From an uncultured Phycisphaerales bacterium (GTDB lineage Bacteria > Planctomycetota > Phycisphaerae > Tepidisphaerales > Tepidisphaeraceae), in contig CAWBQI010000003.1 in assembly GCA_963791055.1 (NCBI GenBank), positions 804,570 through 868,569 on the forward strand: a stretch of DNA of 64,000 bases. The letters run 5' to 3'. This document shows positions 9,671 through 18,244 of the stretch, one piece after another (the first letter of the stretch is position 1; each line of letters starts with the position of its first letter). A program made the translations under genes and the position numbers. The notes beneath the pieces were generated by a model. That model saw nothing but the letters and a program-made list of their open reading frames with translations. It was not told the DNA's origin and searched no databases.

Positions 9671-9945
9671 CCAAATGCAAAGCGGGGGAGGCGGGAGACA
9701 ACCCATACGGCCCCAAGGTTTTTCTCCCGCCTCCCCCGCACCCCCTCCACCCTCTTTCCGCTTCCCCCCAACCGTCCAGTAGAGGAAGAAAGCAAAGAGA
9801 ATTGTGGACATGAATCGTCCTCTTTTTTTCTCTCGGGGGGATGGTTGAGGGGAAAAGGAAAAAGGTGGGGTAGGTGCGGGAGGGGCGGGAAAAAACTTTT
9901 GGGGCCGTATATGGTTTTTCCCGCCCCTCCCGCATTGCATTTCGT
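9671..9945. repeat. about 275-bp inverted duplication (two about 115-nt arms, about 85% complementary, 40-nt spacer); each arm holds its own perfect 15-17 bp hairpin; sits between convergent genes
   Basis: The reverse complement of 9830-9945 aligns base-by-base with 9671-9785. The inner hairpins are gcgggggaggcgggaga...tctcccgcctcccccgc (9682-9739) and gcgggaggggcggga...tcccgcccctcccgc (9866-9931). Confidence 0.85.
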
Positions 9946-10014
9946 CTTAAAGCGATTACCCAATAAATGACCGATTCAGCAGTACGGGTTCGACGCGCGG
10001 GTTGCCTTTGGGAT

Positions 10015-10626
10015 TTACGCTGGGGACCCGACGCCAATCAGCCGCCGCATCGCCTCGAGCGCCTCGCGCCATTCCGAACTGGTCTGTTCAGTTTCATAGA
10101 TCAACACATCGCCCAGTGTCACGAAATCACGGTTTTCCAGCGAACTGCGAATTCGTTTTAGTTGCTCCGTGAACCCGACGATCAGGCTCGTCAGCGTCCG
10201 GCGGCCGACCATGATCTTTTCAAGATCGATCTTCAACAACTGTGCCGTTCCCACCAACGATTCCTGGGCGTGCTGCCAGGTAGTCAGACATCCGGAAAGC
10301 TTTTCCATGGCGCGGACGTTCTGATTGTTCTGAAGGAGCTTGGCCGCTTCGCTCTTGATCCGATCGGCTTCGCCGAGTTGGGCTTCGACCTGCTTAAGAA
10401 TATCCATCGCCATTTCACGGGGATCGGCCGTTTCGATGAAAACGTGATGGCCTTTGAGAGGCGATTTCCGGACATCGCTCAGCCGGCCCAAATCCGGCTC
10501 GAGGCCGTCAATCAGGACATGCACCACCAGACGCCGTTCCTTTTGCAGATGGGCCAGGACCTGGCCGATCGTTCTCAGCCCTAGTTCTTCGGCGCGAAGC
10601 GTTGAATGATCGACGGTCACGGGCAT
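10015..10626 (-). CDS. hypothetical protein downstream of the histidine kinase (possible signalling partner, no receiver-domain motifs)
   Basis: 203-aa ORF with unbiased composition. Follows the HK gene on the same strand. Confidence 0.5.
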   Translation of the reverse strand: MPVTVDHSTLRAEELGLRTIGQVLAHLQKERRLVVHVLIDGLEPDLGRLSDVRKSPLKGHHVFIETADPREMAMDILKQVEAQLGEADRIKSEAAKLLQNNQNVRAMEKLSGCLTTWQHAQESLVGTAQLLKIDLEKIMVGRRTLTSLIVGFTEQLKRIRSSLENRDFVTLGDVLIYETEQTSSEWREALEAMRRLIGVGSPA

Positions 10627-10701
10627 AGATGGCTATATCGGCGGCATGGAGCCCAGAACGTGAGGAAAGTCCGATAAAAATGTGGCCGATTGTGATATGC
10701 C

Positions 10702-11532
10702 TTAAGATTTTTCTGTACCGGGATCGGCCGCCGCGGGGAGATGGATGCTGAAAGTCGTCCCCTGCCCGACCTGGCTTTCGACACTGATCCTCCCCTTATG
10801 GTGTTCGATGATGTCTTTGCAGATTGCAAGACCCAGGCCGGTACCCCGAGCCTCGTCTTTTTTCGTGGTCCCCTTGGTTGTGAAAAACGGCTGGAAAATC
10901 TTGGGCAGAAGATTTTCGGGAATTCCCGGTCCCGTATCGATCACCTGGATTCGAACCTCATTTTCCTCCGCCGCCGTCGCCTTGAGGGTCAGCGATCCTC
11001 CCTTGCCCAGCATGGCCTGCCGGGCGTTGATCAGGAGATTCAGCAGCACCTGCTCGAGTTGCACGCTGTCGCCGCGGACCCAAAGATCCCCCTGAACCTG
11101 GATACGAAGCGCAATCCCGTCCTTTTGCGGATCGCGGGCCAGCACCATGAGCGTTTCATCCACCAGAGCCTGAACTGCCACGTTACTCGCGGAGGATTCC
11201 CCGCGCGCGAGCGCGAGCATAGCCGAACAGATTTTTCCCGCCTTGTCGGCGCTGGCGAATGCCTTCGAAAGCGCTTTGCAGATCAGCTCCATATCGGGGG
11301 TCTGGCCCTGCGCGCTTTTCAAAGCGAATTGGGAATAGCTGACGATCGGCGTGAGAAGATTATTAAACTCGTGGGCGATCACCGCGGCGATCGTTCCGAT
11401 CGTCGCCAGACGTTGTGATTCGGTGAGTTGTTCGCGAAGCCCGTCCAACTGCTGCTGCATATCGCCGAGTCGGCTTAGCAGCGCTTGTTCCAAAGCGACT
11501 GTGGGGGGTTGCAAATTACTCACACCGTCCAT
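10702..11532 (-). CDS. cytoplasmic sensor histidine kinase (HisKA + HATPase_c, coiled-coil N-terminus, no TM)
   Basis: H-box IAHEFNNLLTPI. N, G1 and G2 boxes (LLINARQAM, DTGPGIP, GTGLGLAICKDIIEHHKG). Confidence 0.85.
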   Translation of the reverse strand: MDGVSNLQPPTVALEQALLSRLGDMQQQLDGLREQLTESQRLATIGTIAAVIAHEFNNLLTPIVSYSQFALKSAQGQTPDMELICKALSKAFASADKAGKICSAMLALARGESSASNVAVQALVDETLMVLARDPQKDGIALRIQVQGDLWVRGDSVQLEQVLLNLLINARQAMLGKGGSLTLKATAAEENEVRIQVIDTGPGIPENLLPKIFQPFFTTKGTTKKDEARGTGLGLAICKDIIEHHKGRISVESQVGQGTTFSIHLPAAADPGTEKS

Positions 11533-11868
11533 TCACCTATCGGCCATGGCGGTGGTTGCTCTTCGATTACGGGGTGTTCGACGTGTTTATCGGACGTGAG
11601 TAATGTCTATACTTTGGGCCAACCGCGGCTTCGACATACAAAAGAGCCGTATCGTTGCGATCTTCACGCCGTCCACGATCGTTTGCTCGAATACGCGAAG
11701 GCGCCGGCGCCGCGGACATCGCTGGCTGGCCTGCTGAGATTCGCGGCCACCTTATGCAACAAGGCGAAAGAGAAGTCGCCGCGTTCCGCGGGCAAACATG
11801 TCGGAGTTTCGAGCGCATGCTCGACCCTGTATGTTCCCATTCCGAGCCTTTTCAGCGATCCCCTCCCG

Positions 11869-12165
11869 CTGGAGACTCCCGGCGAGGTCGGACAAGCGGG
11901 GCTGGGCGGACGGTTGAGGTCGGCCCGTGGCCGAAACTCCCCAGCAATTGCCGCCGAAGGCGGCGACTCGTCCGCCTCGCTGCAGAAGGTTGTCGCGATT
12001 CCCTATCAGGCCAGCCAGCGGTGTTCGCAGCGCCAGGGCTTCAACGTATTCGAGCAAACCACGCTGGACGGCACGGAAGACATTAACGATAAAAATGTTT
12101 TCTGTATTTCGAATCCGGACACGCGGAATGCTCTGCTGGGAAGAGAAATTGAATCAAACAGTCCC
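11869..12165 (+). repeat. dispersed intergenic repeat family, full-length copy A (S module + R module)
   Basis: Nucleotide-level alignment with 38164-38480 (copy B) and with partial copies at 31106-31290, 36880-37112 and 46228-46400. Hairpins show compensatory changes. Confidence 0.8.
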
Positions 12166-12924
12166 GTTACCGGCCACGGGGTTCACCGCCGCTGGCAACC
12201 CCTGCGTGAAATCTTTCCGGCGCATCATCCAGGGGAGCGCCAGCAAGACCATGATGACCATCGCACAGAGAAACATGATCGGCACCCGCCACGGCCAGGG
12301 GCCCAGGTTGTCTATGGGCGAATGCGGGCCTTGGTAAGATTTGCCGACATACCCGTAGTTAAGATGAAAAATCGCGTCAACGGGGAAAATGATTGCCACA
12401 TAACAGATGGAGAATTTCACCGCGAAAAGCCAATCTCCCCAGTGTGGGCGGAAACCTCGGGCGCTGATGTCGTAGATCGCCGGGCCGATGATCGCCGCAT
12501 GACCCGCCCAGAAAACCCAGAACTGGAAATCCGCCGGTCCGAAATGAAGGTCGGGATAGACAAAGCTCAATGAGGAGAGGCCCAGCCCCCAGAAATAAGT
12601 CATGGCCCGCGCCCACCGCCAGCGAAACAAAAGCGCCGCCGGCGCGATGAACATCATCAGGTCGCAAATGTGCAGCGGCAGCGAGGTGTCGTACTCAAAT
12701 CGCGACGGCCAGAGCGTGGCAATCTGCACGAAACACGCCGCCGCCAGGGCGAACCAGCCGAGGGTTCTATCGCAAAAACGTCGTCGAGGCCCCACGGTGG
12801 CGACATCGTCGCACCGCCGAAGGGACACAATGGCGACCACCAGCAGCCCGAAAGCAAGCACGACAAAAAGATGCGTCAGGCTAAAGGGCTCGAAATGGTG
12901 CTGCCAGGAATGATCGCTGCTCAT
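12154..12924 (-). CDS. polytopic integral membrane protein (possibly TIGR02206/YwaF-like)
   Basis: 256 aa with about 7 predicted TM helices. The family assignment is only a recollection-level guess. Confidence 0.55.
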   Translation of the reverse strand: MSSDHSWQHHFEPFSLTHLFVVLAFGLLVVAIVSLRRCDDVATVGPRRRFCDRTLGWFALAAACFVQIATLWPSRFEYDTSLPLHICDLMMFIAPAALLFRWRWARAMTYFWGLGLSSLSFVYPDLHFGPADFQFWVFWAGHAAIIGPAIYDISARGFRPHWGDWLFAVKFSICYVAIIFPVDAIFHLNYGYVGKSYQGPHSPIDNLGPWPWRVPIMFLCAMVIMVLLALPWMMRRKDFTQGLPAAVNPVAGNGTV

Positions 12925-12987
12925 TCCAGTTCATTCTACGGAGGCGGGGGCATTGCTGAGAACGGTGAATCCGCGCGGAATTTGCGT

Positions 12988-13194
12988 TCAGATGTATCGA
13001 TCGACGTTTTCGCCCTTGCCCGGCTCAGAGGCCGCGGAGGTCGAAGGTTGATCCTGCTGCTGTTCCTGCTTGATCTCCGCGACGGCGGCTTGATCGCCTT
13101 CCTGGGCGCGTTGCTCCACCGTTTTCTCCACGTTCGATTGAGCCGCGGATGTTCCGAGCGCATTGGCCGAATTGCTGATGCCGGTGATCGACAT
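12988..13194 (-). CDS. small hypothetical protein, weak resemblance to the YjfB putative motility protein family
   Basis: 68 aa. M-I-x-I-S start, Q/E-rich middle, G-x-N-V/I-D-x-Y/I-I end. Low confidence. Confidence 0.3.
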   Translation of the reverse strand: MSITGISNSANALGTSAAQSNVEKTVEQRAQEGDQAAVAEIKQEQQQDQPSTSAASEPGKGENVDRYI

Positions 13195-13316
13195 AATGCT
13201 CCTTTGTTTGGCGGGTGCCTATATGAATTATCGGCCGGTGTCCGGTAATGGCTTGATGATTTGCGGAAGATCGTCGATTGAAGTGCGGTATAATTCGCCC
13301 GCCCATGCGGCGGTTT

Positions 13317-14461
13317 CTAACCAACCGTGGCGCGTAATTGTTCGGCGACGTAGCGGACCTGCTCTTCGGGAAGCTCGGGATACACCGGCAATGCCAGCAC
13401 CTCATTGCAGGCCCGCTCGGTGATTGGAAAATCTCCGGCACGGTAGCCAAGATCGGCGAAACATTCCTGCAAATGCAGCGGCAGCGGATAGTAAATCGCC
13501 GAGCCGATTCCTTTTTCCTGCAGGACTTTCTTGACCCGATCGCGATCGGGGACACGCACGATGTATTGGTTGTAAATGCTCCAGTTGCCCGGATCGATTT
13601 TCGGCGTGACCACTTTGCTTCCGGCCAAAAGCCGATCGTACAGCGCGGCGTTGCGGCGGCGGCCTTCGTGCCAGGTCTCAAGATATTTCAATTTGACGTT
13701 CAGCACCGCCGCCTGAACAGCCGCGATCCGGAACATTCCGCCGACATACTTGTGAAAGTATTGATGCCCCGAGCCGTGCACGCGCATCAGCCGGCAGATT
13801 TCGGCGAAGGAATCGTCATTCGTGCAGATCGCCCCGGCATCGCCGAACGAGCCGAGATTCTTCGTCGGATAAAAGCTGAGGCACCCGGCAAAGACGGTGG
13901 AACACGCCCGCTTGCCGTGCCGGCGGGCGCCGATCGACTGGGCGGCATCCTCGATCACCTTCAAATCGTGCTTGGCCGCGATCTCGTTAATGGTTTCGAG
14001 ATTCGCCAGTTGCCCAAACAGGTCGACCGGAATAATCGCCCGGGTTTTGGCCGTGATTTTCGAGGCGAGCTTGGCAGGATCGATATTGAACGTCGCCGGT
14101 TCGATCTCCGCGAAAACTATTTTCCGCCCACCCGGGCGATTGCCCCGGCCGTCGCGAAAAAAGTGAAGCTCGGGCAGATGACCTCATCCCCCGGCTTGAT
14201 GCCCAAAGCCATCAGCGAGCAGAGCAGCGCGTCACTCCCGCTGCTGACGCCGATGGCGTGCTTGACGCCGCAATACTCGGCCAGATTTTTCTCGAATTTC
14301 TCAACATGCGGCCCGAGGACCAGCGATTGCTGATCGAACACTTCATCCAACGCCCGGCGGACTTCCTCCCGGATCGGGCCATACTGCGCCTGCAAATCCA
14401 ACAGCTTCACGTTCATGCGGAAAAGATTAAGGCGAAGGCGTTGATTTTGCCATAGGCGCAC
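13317..14461 (-). pseudogene. DegT/DnrJ/EryC1/StrS family PLP-dependent aminotransferase interrupted by a 1-nt frameshift in an A4 tract (complement of 14120-14123)
   Basis: The N-terminal 114 aa (14117-14461) end ...AIARVGGK*. The protein continues IVFAEIEPATFNIDP... in the -1 frame with no stop until 13317. A single extra A would restore a roughly 380-aa enzyme. Confidence 0.8.
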
Positions 14462-16625
14462 GGCCGCACCATGCTCGCCACATCCGCCGGTAGGCGGCCT
14501 CGACGTCCGCGGCGAAATGCTTCTGATCCATCAGTGGTGAGCGGCGCATCCGTTCGCGAAGGTTATGGCGCAGTTCATTGAGCCGATCCACGCTTTTGGC
14601 CAGTTCAACGGCAACCCGCACATATTGCCGCGGGCTGTCCGCAATGAGTTCCCGCAACCCGACGTTGGACATCAGGCTGACGCCGACGCGCGACACGTGC
14701 GTTTTGCCTGCGAGCGTCACAACCGGAACACCCATCCAAAGGGTCTCGCAGGTCGTGGTTGTTCCGTGATATGGGAACGTGTCCAGGGCGATATGGATTT
14801 TTCGGTAGGATGCGAGATGTTCTTCTCGCGGGCGCCATCCCTGCAATTCGACCCGATCCGACGAAACGTCCCGGGCTTCGAGGATTTGTCGCACCCGTTG
14901 TTGCACGGCCGGGCACCCCAATGCTTTTGCTTTGATGAACAACCGCGATCCCGGCGTTGACCGGAGCACTTCGGCCCACAACTCCAGCATCGGCGCGGTG
15001 ACCTTTGAGAAATTGTTGAAGCTGCCAAAGATGATTGAGGTCTCGCTATCCAGTCGTCCATCATCGAGCGGAATGTTTTCATCGGGCTCCTGATAGCACC
15101 AGGCCGTTGGAGACAGATGAATCAACTGTTCGCTGCCCGGCGAATTGCCGGATTCGAGCGGGTCGGCCAATGCGTCCGACAGGCGATAATCAATCGCGAC
15201 AACGCCCGTCGTGTCCGGGTAACCCAAGCAGGTAGCTTGAACAGGCGCGGGCTTACGCGCAAAAACAAGCAGCCGATTGCCGCCGGTGTGGCCGGCAAGG
15301 TCGATGAGGATGTCGATCCGGTCCTGGCGGATCTGCTCTGCCGCTTGCTGGTCGGTCAGGCCCACGATGTCGCGCCATTGATGTGCGAGGCCGCGGACTC
15401 GATCGGTGATCGCATCCGGGCGCGCGACTTGAGCATAGCAAAAAGTCTCGACCTGACCGCGATCGTGTGCGTTCAGCAAAGGCAGGAGGAAACGGCCGAC
15501 AGGATGCTCGCGAAAGTCGGCCGAGACGTATCCGATTCTTAACCGTCGATCGGGCGAGCAATCATTGGTATGCGGTGCGGCCAGGCGATGCAGCGGATCG
15601 GCGTGCCTGATTCCCCACTGAACGCTTTCGGCGATGATGATCCCCGGATCGGATTGCTCGTGGTAATGCAGGATGAGGAGGAGATTGCTGTGAAACATTT
15701 CGGAATCCGGGTCCAGCGCGACCGCCTGGCGGCAAGACGCGATGGCCTCGCCAATCCGTCCCATGTCCTTGAGAATCACGCCAAGATTGTTGTGGGCCTC
15801 GGCAAAGTCGGGCTTGAGCGTAATGGCCTGAAGGCAGGCTGCACGCGCGTCTTCAAGTTGCCCCGAATCGCATAGCGCGCGGCCGAGGTTGTTGTAGACC
15901 TTGGCATAGTCCGGCCTCAGTCGCAGGACCTGGCGATAAGCGAGGATCGCTTCATCGACCAAGCCTTTGTCCAGGAGCGCATTCCCCAGGTTGCTATGAG
16001 CTTCCGCCATGTTCGGCTTGAACCGCGCGGCCTGTCGGAAGGCGGCGATCGCCTCATCCAACCACCCCTTGTCGCGCAGGGCGTTCCCCAGGTTATTGTG
16101 TGCTTCGGCGAAGGCGGGCTTCAGCTTCAGCGCCTGACGACAGGCGGCAATTGCTTCGTCCAAGTCTCCCCTGTCGCGCAGCGCGTTGCCCAGATTGTTG
16201 TGAGCCTCCGCATAACCGGGCTGGAGCAGGATGGCCTGACGGCAGGCGGCGATCGACTCATCCAGCAACCCATTCCCGCGCAGCGCGTAGCCCAGATTGT
16301 TGTGGTATGTGGCGTTGGCGGGGTTGATCGCAATGGCTCGCCGGAGCATTTCCACGGCCGTGTCCCATTGCCCGCACTGCGCGGCAATTGCGCCGAGGAG
16401 ATGAAGGGCGGTTTCGTGATCCGGCTGTTGGCTCAGCACCTGCCGATAGATTTCCTGGGCCCGGTCGAGCCTTCCGGTCTGATGGTGTTGGAGGGCGAGT
16501 TGCATCGCCTGGTCAATCGAGCCTTGCGTCATCCTCATCGATCTCACTTTTGGAGAATGCGCAAGTATAACGACCGGCGGCGCCGAATGTCTTTCATTGC
16601 GTTGTCCAAGTCCGCCGCCAATCAA
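14427..16625 (-). CDS. TPR-repeat protein fused to a GT41 glycosyltransferase domain (O-GlcNAc transferase / SPINDLY-like, COG3914)
   Basis: About 9 TPR units (AxxNLGxALxxxGxxDEAIAAYRQA repeats), followed by a C-terminal roughly 380-aa domain with the OGT-like pattern RIGYVSADFREHPVG...IDILIDLAGHT...FGSFNNFSKV... Confidence 0.85.
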   Translation of the reverse strand: MIGGGLGQRNERHSAPPVVILAHSPKVRSMRMTQGSIDQAMQLALQHHQTGRLDRAQEIYRQVLSQQPDHETALHLLGAIAAQCGQWDTAVEMLRRAIAINPANATYHNNLGYALRGNGLLDESIAACRQAILLQPGYAEAHNNLGNALRDRGDLDEAIAACRQALKLKPAFAEAHNNLGNALRDKGWLDEAIAAFRQAARFKPNMAEAHSNLGNALLDKGLVDEAILAYRQVLRLRPDYAKVYNNLGRALCDSGQLEDARAACLQAITLKPDFAEAHNNLGVILKDMGRIGEAIASCRQAVALDPDSEMFHSNLLLILHYHEQSDPGIIIAESVQWGIRHADPLHRLAAPHTNDCSPDRRLRIGYVSADFREHPVGRFLLPLLNAHDRGQVETFCYAQVARPDAITDRVRGLAHQWRDIVGLTDQQAAEQIRQDRIDILIDLAGHTGGNRLLVFARKPAPVQATCLGYPDTTGVVAIDYRLSDALADPLESGNSPGSEQLIHLSPTAWCYQEPDENIPLDDGRLDSETSIIFGSFNNFSKVTAPMLELWAEVLRSTPGSRLFIKAKALGCPAVQQRVRQILEARDVSSDRVELQGWRPREEHLASYRKIHIALDTFPYHGTTTTCETLWMGVPVVTLAGKTHVSRVGVSLMSNVGLRELIADSPRQYVRVAVELAKSVDRLNELRHNLRERMRRSPLMDQKHFAADVEAAYRRMWRAWCGRAPMAKSTPSP

Positions 16626-16640
16626 AATAGCCGCCCTCGA

Positions 16641-16674
16641 CGAAAGAAAGAGGCCCGCCTTTGCAGGCGGGCCT
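16641..16674 (-). terminator. rho-independent terminator after the DUF1559 gene
   Basis: Perfect 10-bp GC stem gaggcccgcc/ggcgggcctc with a 6-nt loop, followed on the minus strand by UUUCUUUC. Confidence 0.65.
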
Positions 16675-16709
16675 CGGATGATTGCTAAGCTGCTGTACCG
16701 ACGAACCGA

Positions 16710-17639
16710 TTAGAGGTTGTCGTCGGTGGGGAGCAGAACGGAGTCGTTGGCCGTGTACGGCGAAGCAACGAGATCCTGCGCCGCGGTGCCCCAGGTGGGT
16801 CCGCCACGGGTGTAGATATTGTCACGATCGGTTCCGGAGAAACAGTTGTTGTCGAACTCGACGTGACCGTCACCAAACAGAATATTCTGGCCCTGCTTGC
16901 CGTGATTGTTGCTGTTGGCAACCGTCATCGCCTGGCCGGAACTGCTGGTGTTGGGGCTCATGACGTTGTCATTACCGCCGTTACCGGTGGTTCCCGGGTT
17001 GATGTCGGCGGCCACGGCAAAGGTCGGCTCAAGGCCCTGCACCATCTTGTATCCGCTGCCCAGAGAATAAGTATCCGGATAGGGATTGGCGTAGCTGTAG
17101 CTGAGGTTGTTCTGGATGTTGGTGAAGCTGATCTGATTCAACGCGGTATTGGTGCCCCCGCCAAAGACATCCGCAGTGGCGTTGGAACTGGGGCAGGTGA
17201 ACACAGCCGCCGTGATGTCCTCCGTGCGAAGCAGCAGGAAGAGGGCTTCGGGAACATTGTTGGTCCACGGAGCACTGGTGGCGGCAATGGCCGCATTGCC
17301 CGAGAAGGGATCGGTAAGACCAGCCGCATTGCTTGACGCCGCAAATCCGCTGCAATTGATGTCGCCCGCGGTCATCAAGGCGCTACCCTGATAGAGGGTT
17401 CGGGGATACGGACCCTTCTCATCGTTGGAGTAAAGCAGGATGGCCTGGCCGATCTGCCGGAGATTGCTGGCACACTTGACGCGATTGGCGGTCTCGCGAG
17501 CGCGGTTCAAGCTGGGCAAAAGAATCGAGATCAGCAAAGCGATGATCCCGATAACGACGAGCAACTCGACGAGGGTGAAACCCCTCGCGGTCTTGACGAG
17601 TCCCGGCGCGCCGGGATTCGTCGCATAAGTACGCTTCAT
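16710..17639 (-). CDS. DUF1559 domain protein with N-terminal prepilin-type cleavage/methylation motif (type II secretion pseudopilin-like; Planctomycete-expanded family)
   Basis: [50 protein letters not shown]-terminus. The start was moved to the internal Met before the pilin-like leader. Confidence 0.85.
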   Translation of the reverse strand: MKRTYATNPGAPGLVKTARGFTLVELLVVIGIIALLISILLPSLNRARETANRVKCASNLRQIGQAILLYSNDEKGPYPRTLYQGSALMTAGDINCSGFAASSNAAGLTDPFSGNAAIAATSAPWTNNVPEALFLLLRTEDITAAVFTCPSSNATADVFGGGTNTALNQISFTNIQNNLSYSYANPYPDTYSLGSGYKMVQGLEPTFAVAADINPGTTGNGGNDNVMSPNTSSSGQAMTVANSNNHGKQGQNILFGDGHVEFDNNCFSGTDRDNIYTRGGPTWGTAAQDLVASPYTANDSVLLPTDDNL

Positions 17640-18244
17640 ACGAAGCTCCTTTGGAAATGCGTCACATCCAAAAGCGCATCGGGAGCGATCGTACGGAAGG
17701 ATAGATATGATTGCCGTATCGTATTCCAATTGGAAACGGCCCCCTCGATCGTGGATGCACGTTGTGGAACGTGACTCGGAAATTAGCGCCGGTGAACGCC
17801 ACCGGACACAAACAAAGTTCCTGGTGGATTAAGTTTCCTCCCTATTTCCGCGACAATCCGATGCCTAGATCGTCTGCGACAAACCAAATAAAAGTCTAAT
17901 GATTTTCCAATTGCCGTGTCAATAAGAAAAACAAATCAATAAATGTTCGTAGAAAATATCTGCCTGAACATGGCGCGAGTAATAGTGTGGCTGCAGCTCA
18001 AGAAAATTTGGAGTGGTGTAGATTTGTATTTGCAGGCGAGCAGCTTTTTCGCCACCGAGCACTAGTCGCTTGAAGGGGTCAGCCGACGCTTCGCCGCAGG
18101 ATCGCATCGAAATCCGGTGCTCCTGAATCGGCACAATTCCAATGATGAGCTGGCGATGGTTTGATGAGCCCGCCGGGCAGCCGAACTTTTCTTATTCGGG
18201 GCCCATATATCGGAATAATTGAATGAAATATTCCGCGGTCGAAT

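Noticed and set aside
9598-9970. Short P/G-rich ORFs on both strands across the inverted duplication
   Set aside because: Low-complexity translations of C-run/G-run hairpin arms, mirrored on both strands. Not credible proteins.
11485-12573. 362-aa plus-strand ORF spanning the HK-membrane-protein intergenic region; also 11927-12337 and 31077-31526 plus-strand ORFs that read through repeat copies
   Set aside because: They overlap minus-strand genes and the conserved repeat. The conservation between copies is at nucleotide level with hairpin covariation, not codon-like.
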